The notes under the pieces are model-generated. The model made no database searches. It had not been told where the DNA came from and worked only from the letters and a program-made list of their open reading frames with translations. DNA of 54,284 nt from Candidatus Woesearchaeota archaeon (GTDB taxonomy: Archaea > Nanobdellota > Nanobdellia > Pacearchaeales > GW2011-AR1). The stretch is taken from contig CAZLHJ010000001.1 in the NCBI GenBank assembly GCA_964559675.1, positions 1-54,284 on the forward strand, in the 5' to 3' direction. Position numbers and translations under genes: made by a program. Shown here piece after piece: positions 45,289 through 54,284 of this stretch (within the stretch, counting starts at the first letter, position 1; each line of letters starts with the position of its first letter).

Positions 45289-47199
45289 TTACTTATTTCT
45301 TTCAGTTATATCATAAATCAATTCAAGTTCAGGAATTAATACTCTGCTCCAAGTTTCAAACTTATCATATGAAAGTTTTCTACTTCCAAATTCTTTAGGA
45401 GAAAACATTCCCAATCCAGTTATAGAGCTTTCATTTCCACGAACTTCTCCATCAACCATTACTCCATAAACCAAACCAAAGTGAACTCTATCAACAGGTT
45501 TATCTTCTGCAAAAAGAGTGCCAATTAATTTAGGTTCTGTAATGTAATTTGCTCTTACTTCTTCACATCTTTCTCTATCTAATGCTTTTCTAACAAGTCC
45601 TTCTGGAGAGAAATCCTCTCTATTAATATGTCCCCCAATACCAATAGAGAACTTTCCAAATAATCTTTCATCTCCATAATCTTGGATGTTCTTTGCTCTT
45701 ACATAAGTGAATACCTGACCTTCTTCGTTAAAAATTAACAAATATGGGATTGGTTGCAAAATTAATCCATCTTCCTCACAATCATATCTAGAGTGGAAAA
45801 ATCCATTCGTATTTATTTCATCAACAAGTTTTTTAGCTTTTACAGGATCTATTAAATCAAAACTTGCTATACCTTTTCTTCCAGATCCAAAACTCCTTAA
45901 AACATTAGCATCATGAACTAAAACTTCTCTATCCAATTTTCCATATTCTTTTGCCGCTTTTGCATAATCAAATTGTTTGAAATGTTTAGATGTCTTCGGT
46001 CCAAGTTGCCCTTGATAATTACTTCCTATAGATCCACCATATACTTTATCTGGCTCTTCAACAGTTCTAAACAATTCTAATGCACTAAATGGAAATCTTC
46101 CATGTCTAATTGAAATCCCTCCAGATTCTTGGAAAACTACTTCCCCAACTAAATCTCCTTGGAAACCTGAATCGACGAAACCGGCTTCATCAAAAGTACC
46201 TCTAATTCCTTTTCCATAATGTCTTCTTAACTCGGCACTCAAATGACTCGGTATTCTTAATACATCCGCAGAGGCAAGAAGATATCTCTCTCCAGAAAAG
46301 AATTTGACTCCCTTATTATCTTTAGAAGCTGGAACAGGTTCAAAAAAATCTTCAGGACGATAATTTCCAATTCTTGAAACATCGATCGGTTCAGGATTAT
46401 TTTTCGCCCTTAATGCAATTATTCCATTTGTGTTTCTTCCAACTAAATCGAATTCTAATCCAAGACCATCATCAGTTACAGAAATATCTTCAATAGGAAT
46501 CAAATCTCCATCATCATCTCTTCTAAACAATAATGGATTTCTTTTATGCTCTTCTAAAATTTCTCTTTGACTTAAAGAAGAATCTTGTCCACGTATAAAT
46601 CTAATTTGATCTAATGTATCTCCCGGTCTAATAACTAAATTAAATGCACCTGGTTGTATTAATAACCACGATTGAGTTAATTTTCCAGCACAATATCTAC
46701 TATCAATTTCATCAGTACAAGGATTATAATCTGCAATCAATCTTGTTATTGGAAATAATCTTCCAGTACTGCTTTTAGGAGAATTCTTTATTCTCTCTCC
46801 AGGAAGAAGAGTAAATCTCTCTTGAATTGGAACCAAATAACTAAAACCTCTTTTTATTTCAAATCCTTCACTAATATCAATTTTTTGCCTCTGGCTTTTA
46901 GGAAGCTCAAGAACCGCACGATAAACGGTTTTATCTTGCCCAGGGGTTAATACACTAGTCTGTTCACTATCTAATATAAAAGCTTCATCAGCTAAAGAAA
47001 CGTCAAATGACTCAGGTTGAATTCTTTTCTCCAAATCAATATCTTTAAACCATCCCTTTCTAAATCTTCCATTCAAATCGTCACTTTCATGCCTACCGAG
47101 ATTCCCAAAATTTCCTTTAATTAATCCATCAACTATTTTATCTCTTAAATTCTGAGAAACTAGCGTTCCTCCTCTCTCGCTTTCCTCAACTCTAACCAT
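45289..47199 (-). CDS. dCTP deaminase-family (duplicated DCD domains) protein fused to a C-terminal Nudix-family domain
   Basis: IQPESFDV, SPKSSTGRL and AGFVDSGF.G (DCD); CEED...QPIPY, DERLFGKFSIGIGGHIN, RE..EE and VHFGLV (YmaB/COG4112-type Nudix). Confidence 0.8.
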   Translation of the reverse strand: MVRVEESERGGTLVSQNLRDKIVDGLIKGNFGNLGRHESDDLNGRFRKGWFKDIDLEKRIQPESFDVSLADEAFILDSEQTSVLTPGQDKTVYRAVLELPKSQRQKIDISEGFEIKRGFSYLVPIQERFTLLPGERIKNSPKSSTGRLFPITRLIADYNPCTDEIDSRYCAGKLTQSWLLIQPGAFNLVIRPGDTLDQIRFIRGQDSSLSQREILEEHKRNPLLFRRDDDGDLIPIEDISVTDDGLGLEFDLVGRNTNGIIALRAKNNPEPIDVSRIGNYRPEDFFEPVPASKDNKGVKFFSGERYLLASADVLRIPSHLSAELRRHYGKGIRGTFDEAGFVDSGFQGDLVGEVVFQESGGISIRHGRFPFSALELFRTVEEPDKVYGGSIGSNYQGQLGPKTSKHFKQFDYAKAAKEYGKLDREVLVHDANVLRSFGSGRKGIASFDLIDPVKAKKLVDEINTNGFFHSRYDCEEDGLILQPIPYLLIFNEEGQVFTYVRAKNIQDYGDERLFGKFSIGIGGHINREDFSPEGLVRKALDRERCEEVRANYITEPKLIGTLFAEDKPVDRVHFGLVYGVMVDGEVRGNESSITGLGMFSPKEFGSRKLSYDKFETWSRVLIPELELIYDITERNK

Positions 47200-47257
47200 A
47201 TATCTTTTTCATCATAGACTAATTTAAATATAATTGTTCTAAGAAATTATATTCAAG

Positions 47258-47800
47258 ATGAGATGCTTAGTTTACCTCAAACCTTCTGAAGATCTACAAA
47301 GAGTTATCTCTGCATATTTCGATCCTAGCAACTTCCCTAAATCAGGATTACACTGCACTTTATGGGGGTTCAACATAATTCGAGCGGAACAAGATTCTCT
47401 TATAATGGCTCTCTCCCAAATCCAAGCGAATGAATTTACCCTAACTACGAAAGATTATCAATTATTTGATAACAACTCTCTCGTTCTAAGATTATCAAAA
47501 ACAAGAAGGTTACAAGCACTTCATCAAGCAGTCGTTGAAACCTCTAGAAAGTTCGATAAATCTCCTGATTTATTTGATGAAATGGTTTCTAGATATGGTT
47601 TAGAAAAATACTCTCCCCATATAAGCATGGGAAGAGCAAACGTTATCTCCCCAGAATCTCCTAAGTCCCTTCCCACTTTAAAAGATTTAACTTTCGACGT
47701 AAGAAAATTTTATCTCGCAATAAAAAACGGAGAAGATAAAGATCCAAATTCAAAATGGGAAGAGGTAGCTAATTTCAATCTTCAGAGAAATTATAGTTAA
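47258..47800 (+). CDS. 2H phosphoesterase / 2'-5' RNA ligase family protein
   Basis: Two H-x-[TS] motifs: LHCTL and PHISM. Confidence 0.8.
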   Translation: MRCLVYLKPSEDLQRVISAYFDPSNFPKSGLHCTLWGFNIIRAEQDSLIMALSQIQANEFTLTTKDYQLFDNNSLVLRLSKTRRLQALHQAVVETSRKFDKSPDLFDEMVSRYGLEKYSPHISMGRANVISPESPKSLPTLKDLTFDVRKFYLAIKNGEDKDPNSKWEEVANFNLQRNYS

Positions 47801-47837
47801 CCCAAAACTTATATACTTCTTTTCATAAATTAATATT

Positions 47838-48074
47838 ATGCAAACAAAATATAAAAGAGGACAAAAAGTAAAAATTCTAGTTTCTCCAGATCCAGAATAT
47901 GTAGAATATCACACAGAAAACTCAAACAGCGAACAAGTCCCAATTAAACCTGGAATGACCGGAAAAATAAATATGCTTCTTCCAAACGGACAATATCATG
48001 TAGAAATTTACGACGAAAACGGAAATGAACTCGCATACGCTCCTTTCGATGAAGATTCTTTAGAAGCTATTTAA
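47838..48074 (+). CDS. small hypothetical protein, SH3/KOW-like beta barrel
   Basis: YKRGQKVKI...PGMTGKI...YHVEI pattern. Confidence 0.6.
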   Translation: MQTKYKRGQKVKILVSPDPEYVEYHTENSNSEQVPIKPGMTGKINMLLPNGQYHVEIYDENGNELAYAPFDEDSLEAI

Positions 48075-48115
48075 TATTAATTTTAAATATACTAATTACT
48101 AATCTATTTAGAAAC

Positions 48116-48343
48116 TTACTTTCCTCTTAATGCTCTTTTTGGTCTTGTTGAATAATCTCTTCTTGCTCTAGTACCATAATCTCTCCTTCTTTGACCGCTA
48201 GAATCTTCAGAAACCTCGCCAACAACAGTTCCTCTATTATCTTCATGCAATCTTTTTATCAATGTTGTATACGGAACAGCGAAAAAAGATAACGCTCCAA
48301 AGACTTGTGTGAATAATCCAGTTCTATATGTATTATCTGACAT
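48116..48343 (-). CDS. small hypothetical protein
   Basis: 75-aa ORF with an Arg-rich repetitive tail (RRRDYGTR ARRDYSTR). Confidence 0.5.
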   Translation of the reverse strand: MSDNTYRTGLFTQVFGALSFFAVPYTTLIKRLHEDNRGTVVGEVSEDSSGQRRRDYGTRARRDYSTRPKRALRGK

Positions 48344-48396
48344 GATTTAGCTCAAGTTTTTTCACTTTAAAAAGATTATTGCTTTGAAGTCTCTTT

Positions 48397-49128
48397 TTAC
48401 AAATTATCTGCATCTCTCAACTTAAATCTCACCGGATCTAAATCAGAAAGTAAGTCATATGTATTTCCCTCATAATCTCCGAATATATGATTGTTTCCTA
48501 ACGTTGCTACTAAAACCTTCTCAGGATTATCGCAGTGTATTTTTCTAATTTGTTCTGCAAATCTCCGATCTCTTTCCAAACCAACAAGTCTAAATAATCT
48601 TTCGCCAAATATCGATATAAAATCATTTGGATTTGTACGATCGTATAAGCTATCTATATGTGCTTGGTGTTCTTGAACAGAGCCGCTCTCTATAAAATCT
48701 TTAATATTTAAATTAACGGGGGTAAATAGGTCCTGAATAGTTTTTCCACTTGCTAACTCCCGCATCATCCATAATCTTTGATTTAAGTCCAATGAACTAT
48801 TCGCTTCATCAGTAGGTTCTTGATCTATACAATAAAGAGTTATGTCTGGAGAACCATTTTTATAGACTTTTGGAACCCACGATTCATAATGTAAAGACAT
48901 AAACTCTAGTCTCGCTCTTTCTATCTGTTCAGGAGAGTATATACGATGCCAAGGTGTCTCCTCCAATTTTTTCATAATTTCTAAATGACTTTTCCATCCC
49001 CGTGTTGCATCTTTTGGCGTTTGTTCTAAACAAACAATTTCCGGCCTATAATGTTGGAGAGTTCTCTCTAGTCTCTCAGGACCTTTATGGTCTATATGCA
49101 CCGAACCTACCAATACAATTTTCGACAT
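48397..49128 (-). CDS. TraB/GumN (Tiki)-family protein
   Basis: IVLVGSVH, RPEIVCLEQ, ERDRRFAEQI, VATLGNNH; ATG at 49128. Confidence 0.7.
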   Translation of the reverse strand: MSKIVLVGSVHIDHKGPERLERTLQHYRPEIVCLEQTPKDATRGWKSHLEIMKKLEETPWHRIYSPEQIERARLEFMSLHYESWVPKVYKNGSPDITLYCIDQEPTDEANSSLDLNQRLWMMRELASGKTIQDLFTPVNLNIKDFIESGSVQEHQAHIDSLYDRTNPNDFISIFGERLFRLVGLERDRRFAEQIRKIHCDNPEKVLVATLGNNHIFGDYEGNTYDLLSDLDPVRFKLRDADNL

Positions 49129-49201
49129 CTTAATAGCGAGAAATTTCAGTTTATAAATATTCCTATAAATAACTACTTTTAAATGACATAAATAATAAAG
49201 A

Positions 49202-50326
49202 TTATCTGAACAAATCAATCCCTTTCTTAATCTCACTCACAACTCTCTTTATATCTGCATCTTTGAAATTTTCATTTAAGGAAATTCTCAAACTTCCTCT
49301 TTGCTCTTCTTTACTTAATCCAATCGCCTTTAAGACATAATCTTCTTTTTCTTTCTTTGAATCACATGCACTTCCAGCCGAGACATAAATTCCTTTTTCA
49401 GATAAATAAACAACTAATCCTCTTCCATCCACTTCTGAAAATGAAACATGAATATTATTGTAAATCTTTTTTTCTCTTGAGCCATTTATCTTTCCACCAA
49501 TTTTCTCTAATTCAAGAGAAAGTTTATCTCTAATTTTCTCAATCTTCTTCTTATCAATTTTTCTTTGAATTTCAAGAGCTTTTCCAAATCCAATTATTCC
49601 AGGCACATTCTCAGTTCCTGATCTTAATCCTCGTTCTTGGCCCCCTCCATAAAGCCAAGGTAAAACTTCAATGCCTTTCTTAATATAGATAAATCCAATT
49701 CCTTTAGGTCCTCCAATCTTATGAGCTGAAGCAGATAACATTGAGATATTAGACTTTTTAACATCGATCTTTAATTTACTAAAACTTTGAACTGCATCAG
49801 TATGAAACAAAACACCATATTTCTTACATAATCTTCCAATCTCATCTAAATCCTGAATTGTTCCAATAATATTATTTACATGCATAATTGAAACTAATTT
49901 TATTCTCTTAGAAAATTTCTTTAAAACATTTTCAAGTTCATTATAATCTATCTCTCCGACCTCATTAACCTTTATCTTAATTACTTTATTTCCTGCTTTC
50001 TCCATAAAACTCGCAACTTCCCAAACAGATGGATGTTCAACTGAAGAAATTACTAAGATATCTTTTCTCTTATCAATCAACGTTCTCAAAGCAATATTAT
50101 TACTCTCACTTGCTCCAGAAGTAAAATAAATTTCTTCAGGGGAAGCATTAATCTCCCTAGCTATTTTTAATCTAACTTCATTCACTAGCTTTAATGCGTT
50201 TTCTCCAAGCTCATGCATACTACTTGGATTCCCATAATCTTCAAGCATGACTTCATTCATAGCCTTTACAACTTCTACATAAACAGGTGTAGTTGAAGCG
50301 TTATCCAAATACAATTCTTTATTCAT
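49202..50326 (-). CDS. iscS: cysteine desulfurase (IscS/NifS group I)
   Basis: YLDNASTT, GNPSS.H, HTDAVQ, SAHKIGGPKG (PLP Lys), RSGTENV, SAGSAC. Confidence 0.95.
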   Translation of the reverse strand: MNKELYLDNASTTPVYVEVVKAMNEVMLEDYGNPSSMHELGENALKLVNEVRLKIAREINASPEEIYFTSGASESNNIALRTLIDKRKDILVISSVEHPSVWEVASFMEKAGNKVIKIKVNEVGEIDYNELENVLKKFSKRIKLVSIMHVNNIIGTIQDLDEIGRLCKKYGVLFHTDAVQSFSKLKIDVKKSNISMLSASAHKIGGPKGIGFIYIKKGIEVLPWLYGGGQERGLRSGTENVPGIIGFGKALEIQRKIDKKKIEKIRDKLSLELEKIGGKINGSREKKIYNNIHVSFSEVDGRGLVVYLSEKGIYVSAGSACDSKKEKEDYVLKAIGLSKEEQRGSLRISLNENFKDADIKRVVSEIKKGIDLFR

Positions 50327-50367
50327 AAAGATTATAGGTAAAATTAGTTTTTAAGTCTTAGTCTAGA

Positions 50368-50649
50368 TTAACGAATTAACTCTGGGCTATATTTTCCAGT
50401 TTCCAGCACTCTCTTAAATTGATCATCAAGATTCCTGTCCCATAAACCAAATTTTTGCATCCGTTCCCTAATAGTGTTATAATGATTTCTTGCCCCTTCT
50501 AGCATAACTCTCATATTTTCTTCAGGTTCGGTTGGATAATTTTCCCTTAGATGTGCGACTCTTGAGAAAACTCCTCTTAATTCAACCAAATAACTTTCTA
50601 ATCTCTCTCCTGCAAGTCGCTTTGCTTCCCCTATAGGAAGATTTTTCAC
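50368..50649 (-). CDS. hypothetical protein
   Basis: 93-aa helical ORF. Confidence 0.6.
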   Translation of the reverse strand: MKNLPIGEAKRLAGERLESYLVELRGVFSRVAHLRENYPTEPEENMRVMLEGARNHYNTIRERMQKFGLWDRNLDDQFKRVLETGKYSPELIR

Positions 50650-50731
50650 AACTCCAGGAATTCTATCTTCAATAGCTATATCTCTCCAAACCTAAATCAA
50701 TTTTTAAAGATTTATGTGGCCGTGTATCAAA

Positions 50732-51283
50732 TTACCATCTAAAGTTTTCAGAAATATATCTCAAATCTAAGTCAAGCTGTTCTCTCATACGGCTTGCAAT
50801 TCCTTGAACATCTACTCTATCTTTTTCAACCATTCTTGGAAGAATATCTTGCTCTACTTGAGAAACCACTGAATGGCTAAGTCTGAATGTCGATCTATTA
50901 GTTACGTCACAAATTCCATAAGGAGATTTAAAGATATTATAAAGGTCACAATGAATACTTACCTCCTCATAATGTCCTCCTCCTCTCGTCTGGGCACCAC
51001 ATAGCTTCCTAATTGTCTGTTCAAGATCCGGAGTTAATTTTCCTTTTCCACGTGAATCCATATTTTTTCTAAGTTCAGCATCAATTTTATCAACAAACAT
51101 CACCTCATCATAATCTCTTGCAACTACTTCTCCCGCATTTCCACCAAGATAACCAATAACTCCATTCGCAACCTCACTTAAAATAAAGGAGTTTAATGTC
51201 GGAAGAGTATATCCTCTATGAGCAGAAGATAATACAAGAAGCGATTTCAGAAGATTTCTTTGTCTTTCAAATTCCCCACCCAT
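50732..51283 (-). CDS. hypothetical protein
   Basis: 183-aa ORF. Confidence 0.65.
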   Translation of the reverse strand: MGGEFERQRNLLKSLLVLSSAHRGYTLPTLNSFILSEVANGVIGYLGGNAGEVVARDYDEVMFVDKIDAELRKNMDSRGKGKLTPDLEQTIRKLCGAQTRGGGHYEEVSIHCDLYNIFKSPYGICDVTNRSTFRLSHSVVSQVEQDILPRMVEKDRVDVQGIASRMREQLDLDLRYISENFRW

Positions 51284-51385
51284 AAATTTTATATCATGAG
51301 TAAGTATTTAAGATTTTATATTGTGGACGTCTTGAATTTAAATCTTACCAAAAAAACTTAAATACCCTCAATAATTTAATAAGAT

Positions 51386-51763
51386 ATGAAAAATTCTCAT
51401 TTAATGATTGGATTCGCAGTTATAGTGGTAATCTTCTTTGGATTAATATATTTCTCAGGAGATAATGCTCCTCAAGCACAAGTTTCAGAGGAATTCGCTC
51501 AATGTGTAGGAAATTCAGGAGCAAAAATGTTCGGAGCATATTGGTGTTCACATTGTCAAAATCAAAAAGCTATGTTCGGACAATATTGGGATGAAATAGA
51601 ATATATCGAATGCTCCCTTCCAGGTGGACAAGGGCAAACTCAAGAATGTATCGCTGAAGGAATTTCGAGTTATCCTACATGGGAATTTGCATCTGGACAA
51701 AGAATATCGGGAGAATTAAGCCCACAACAATTAAGCCAATATACTGGTTGCCCATTAAATTAA
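51386..51763 (+). CDS. membrane-anchored thioredoxin-fold protein (type seen fused to VKOR)
   Basis: N-terminal TM helix; GAKMFGAYWCSHC..QK..FG, YIEC, C...GISSYPTW, LS..TGC. Confidence 0.8.
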   Translation: MKNSHLMIGFAVIVVIFFGLIYFSGDNAPQAQVSEEFAQCVGNSGAKMFGAYWCSHCQNQKAMFGQYWDEIEYIECSLPGGQGQTQECIAEGISSYPTWEFASGQRISGELSPQQLSQYTGCPLN

Positions 51764-52236
51764 ATTTTAAATTTAGAATTCAATTCAGAAGTTAATTTCC
51801 TGAATGTTTTTACTTCTTGTAATTCCTCCCCAAAATACATCTTTATATGTTCCCAAGGAACATTCAACAGAATCCAATCTTCCTTCTCCTTGTGCTCTCT
51901 TATTTGCATTATTAATTTATTTGCCTCATTTTTTATTACATTAGTATTTGAATTTTCAAATTCTAATTCTCTAATCAATTTATCTTTCCTTTTCTTTATT
52001 TCTCCATGTTCAAAACTTAATTCATATGTTCTAAGCTTAAAATTATTTCTCCTCAATACATCAAAAATTATTTCTTCCTTATACTCATGTAATTCCCAAA
52101 AGTCCCTAAGCTCTTTAAGAAAATGGAGCAGTGTGGCAGAATCTGGCAGATTCTCTCCTAACGCATTTTCAAAATCCTTTAACTCCTTTTCTACAAAATC
52201 ATGCTCTTTTCTTATTATCTCAAATAAGTTATCCAT
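51760..52236 (-). CDS. hemerythrin/HHE cation-binding domain protein
   Basis: EH...; HE.KEE..F; EH; H..KED spacing. Confidence 0.8.
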   Translation of the reverse strand: MDNLFEIIRKEHDFVEKELKDFENALGENLPDSATLLHFLKELRDFWELHEYKEEIIFDVLRRNNFKLRTYELSFEHGEIKKRKDKLIRELEFENSNTNVIKNEANKLIMQIREHKEKEDWILLNVPWEHIKMYFGEELQEVKTFRKLTSELNSKFKI

Positions 52237-52272
52237 ATTCTCTTTTAAGATTTAACAATATAAATATTTTTA

Positions 52273-53046
52273 TCAAGGCCGAGAAGAGACATAAATTACC
52301 TCTGCACCAAAGAAAAATACGATTGAAGAGAAATAAACCCATATTAAAAAGGCAATAAACGCTCCAGCTAAACCGTACGAATTAGAAGTTGCACTAAAAC
52401 TTAAATAAAAACTAATCAAATATTTCCCAACTACAAAAAGAATGGATGAAACAACCGCCCCCTTTAATAAATTCTTATTAGAAAATCCTCTATCTGGAAC
52501 ATATTTGTAAAGTAAATAAAAGACTCCTGTAAAAATTAGAAATGAAATTAACTGGTCTATTAAAATTCCAGATAAATTATAACCTATATTAAAATAAGAG
52601 CTAATTGATAAAGAAGTTATTATGATCATAAGGAGCAGGAAAAGAAAGATCATTAAACTAATCCTTTTAACAATCTTCTTTTTTAGAGTTTCATCAACTT
52701 CAGATTTAAATATCTTATTTAAAGAAAAGTTTACCTGAACTAAAATAGCACTTGCAGAGACTAATGAAATAATTGTTCCAATTGTTAAAGAGATTAAACT
52801 AATTCGATTACTTGATGAGGAATCACTAATGAAAACTCTTAATATTTCCCCAACAGATGGGCCTGTAAAACTCACTATCTGTGAAATAACTTCGTCAATT
52901 GAAGAAATATTCAAAAGACCGATAACACTCAAAATAACAAGCAATAGTGGGGCTAGAGCAAGAACTACGTAAAAAGAGAGTGCAGCAGATAATGTTAAAA
53001 CATCATCTCTTGAGAATTTTCTAGATATTTTCTTAAATAAACCCAT
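52273..53046 (-). CDS. YihY/virulence factor BrkB-family membrane protein
   Basis: DD..TLSAALSFY..LALAP, LYKYVPD, YGLAG..IAFL.WVY.SS. Confidence 0.92.
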   Translation of the reverse strand: MGLFKKISRKFSRDDVLTLSAALSFYVVLALAPLLLVILSVIGLLNISSIDEVISQIVSFTGPSVGEILRVFISDSSSSNRISLISLTIGTIISLVSASAILVQVNFSLNKIFKSEVDETLKKKIVKRISLMIFLFLLLMIIITSLSISSYFNIGYNLSGILIDQLISFLIFTGVFYLLYKYVPDRGFSNKNLLKGAVVSSILFVVGKYLISFYLSFSATSNSYGLAGAFIAFLIWVYFSSIVFFFGAEVIYVSSRP

Positions 53047-53111
53047 TATAAACTAAAGATTAAATTTAATCTTTAAAATTAAGGTGTATCTCAAAAACAC
53101 GATATTTTTTA

Positions 53112-53417
53112 ATGTTCAAGTTATTCTCTATTAAAATGGTTAGAAAAGAATGGGATTTATACATCTATATCGCTCTAGTCCTGCTTCTATTAGCATGGGC
53201 TTTCCAAATAAGATATACATGTGAAGAAATTGGATGTCTAGCCGTAATCATCCCTATTATCGGTCTAATGTCGGTTAATGCAATCGAATTCATAATAAAC
53301 TTAGTATTCTATTTCCAAGATAGAAAATTCTCACCATTAAGGTGGACGATATTTGTAATTTCAGGACTTATAACTCTCTTTTCATTATTTTTATATATAT
53401 TTTCTCTAGTCAGATAG
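53112..53417 (+). CDS. hypothetical membrane protein
   Basis: Three hydrophobic helices; start could be 53136. Confidence 0.6.
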   Translation: MFKLFSIKMVRKEWDLYIYIALVLLLLAWAFQIRYTCEEIGCLAVIIPIIGLMSVNAIEFIINLVFYFQDRKFSPLRWTIFVISGLITLFSLFLYIFSLVR

Positions 53418-53466
53418 TACTCTAAATACTACAAATCATATTATAAATTTAGGCCATTACACAATT

Positions 53467-53898
53467 ATGTTAAGGCCTATAGAAAAAACAGTCCAAGAAA
53501 CAAATGAATTCTTAAAAGATATAATGAATGTCTTAGACACAGAAGATGAGCAATTTGCATACCATGCTTTAAAATCTGTTCTTCATGCTTTAAGAGATAG
53601 AATAACTATACAAGAGAGTGCAGATTTCGCAGCCCAACTTCCAAATTTATTGAAGGGAATTTACTACGATGGATGGCAACCTTCAAAAGTTCCAGTAAAA
53701 ATAAGAACAAAAGAAGAATTCTTTGCTTTAGTCTTAGAATATTTTCCAAAAGACATGAATTACATGATAAATCCAACATTAGCAACAAGTGCAGTATTCA
53801 ACGTTCTTGCAACAAGAATCTCTACAGGAGAAATTGAAGATATTCAAAGTATTTTACCAAAAGATCTCAAGGATCTTTGGCCAGATATAATTTATTAA
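53467..53898 (+). CDS. DUF2267-family protein
   Basis: [16 protein letters not shown]...[23 protein letters not shown]...LP.DL..LWP. Confidence 0.92.
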   Translation: MLRPIEKTVQETNEFLKDIMNVLDTEDEQFAYHALKSVLHALRDRITIQESADFAAQLPNLLKGIYYDGWQPSKVPVKIRTKEEFFALVLEYFPKDMNYMINPTLATSAVFNVLATRISTGEIEDIQSILPKDLKDLWPDIIY

Positions 53899-54284
53899 AT
53901 TCTTTTTCTCCTCAATAAGTTAGCATTAGTTACAACACTAATTGAAGATAAAGCCATCGCAATCTCAGCAATAACTGGATGTAACAAGCCTGCAATTGCT
54001 AATGGAATAGCAATAGTATTATATGCAAATGCCCAAAATAAGTTTTGTTTTATCTTGCTAAATGTAGCTTTACTTAGATTAATTGCTTGAACAACCCCTT
54101 CTAAACTTCCCTTTGCTAAAACCAAATCTCCAGCTTCAATCGCAATATCTGTTCCAGTTCCAATTGCAATTCCAACATTTGCTTGTTTAAGTGCAGGAGC
54201 ATCATTTATTCCATCGCCTACAAAAGCAACCATTCCCTCTTTTTGTAACTCCTCAACTTTCTTAGCTTTATCCTCTGGGAGAAC
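53895..54284 (-). CDS. heavy-metal P1B-type ATPase (CopA-like), 3' part; gene continues beyond the window
   Basis: [38 protein letters not shown]. Confidence 0.93.
   Translation of the reverse strand, partial: VLPEDKAKKVEELQKEGMVAFVGDGINDAPALKQANVGIAIGTGTDIAIEAGDLVLAKGSLEGVVQAINLSKATFSKIKQNLFWAFAYNTIAIPLAIAGLLHPVIAEIAMALSSISVVTNANLLRRKRI

Noticed and set aside
48491-53788. Short ORFs at 48491, 51890, 52131 and 53606
   Set aside because: Shadow ORFs of the TraB-like, hemerythrin and DUF2267 genes.
1-54284. CRISPR array, IS/transposase, integrase or rRNA
   Set aside because: No regularly spaced repeats, DDE/HUH/tyrosine-recombinase motifs or long GC-rich RNA genes were seen.

Overview
AT-rich genomic window from an archaeon, most consistent with a genome-reduced DPANN lineage such as Ca. 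Pacearchaeota. This taxonomy is inferred from archaeal RNAP, EF-1alpha, EF-2, DnaG and NusA, TATA-box promoters, a fused RpoA'/A'' and many ORFans. The backbone is the archaeal rpoH-rpoB-rpoA-nusA-rps12-rps7-(fusA)-(tuf) cluster on the minus strand, broken up by accessory genes. Also present: smc, dnaG, rnhB, nfo, an nrdR-nrdJ operon, a cysteine desulfurase, pcm, trxA, a putative surface protein, two tRNAs (initiator Met, Lys-UUU) and the 3' end of a heavy-metal P-type ATPase. I saw no rRNA, CRISPR array, transposase or prophage. The most notable observations: (1) an Smc-type ATPase with a Rad50-like CxxC zinc hook at its midpoint and no hinge; (2) two tandem acyl-carrier-protein-like genes in an archaeon; (3) an EF-2 lacking both conserved monovalent-cation-site residues; (4) bacterial-type tandem NrdR boxes directly downstream of an archaeal TATA promoter; (5) a uS12 with substitutions at the K42- and P90-equivalent accuracy sites; (6) an OPRT-like gene split at a U-UUU-UUC slippery site, with an intact degenerate paralog nearby; (7) a dCTP deaminase-Nudix fusion; (8) an atypical initiator tRNA. 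All family assignments come from motif recognition by eye; no database search was run.
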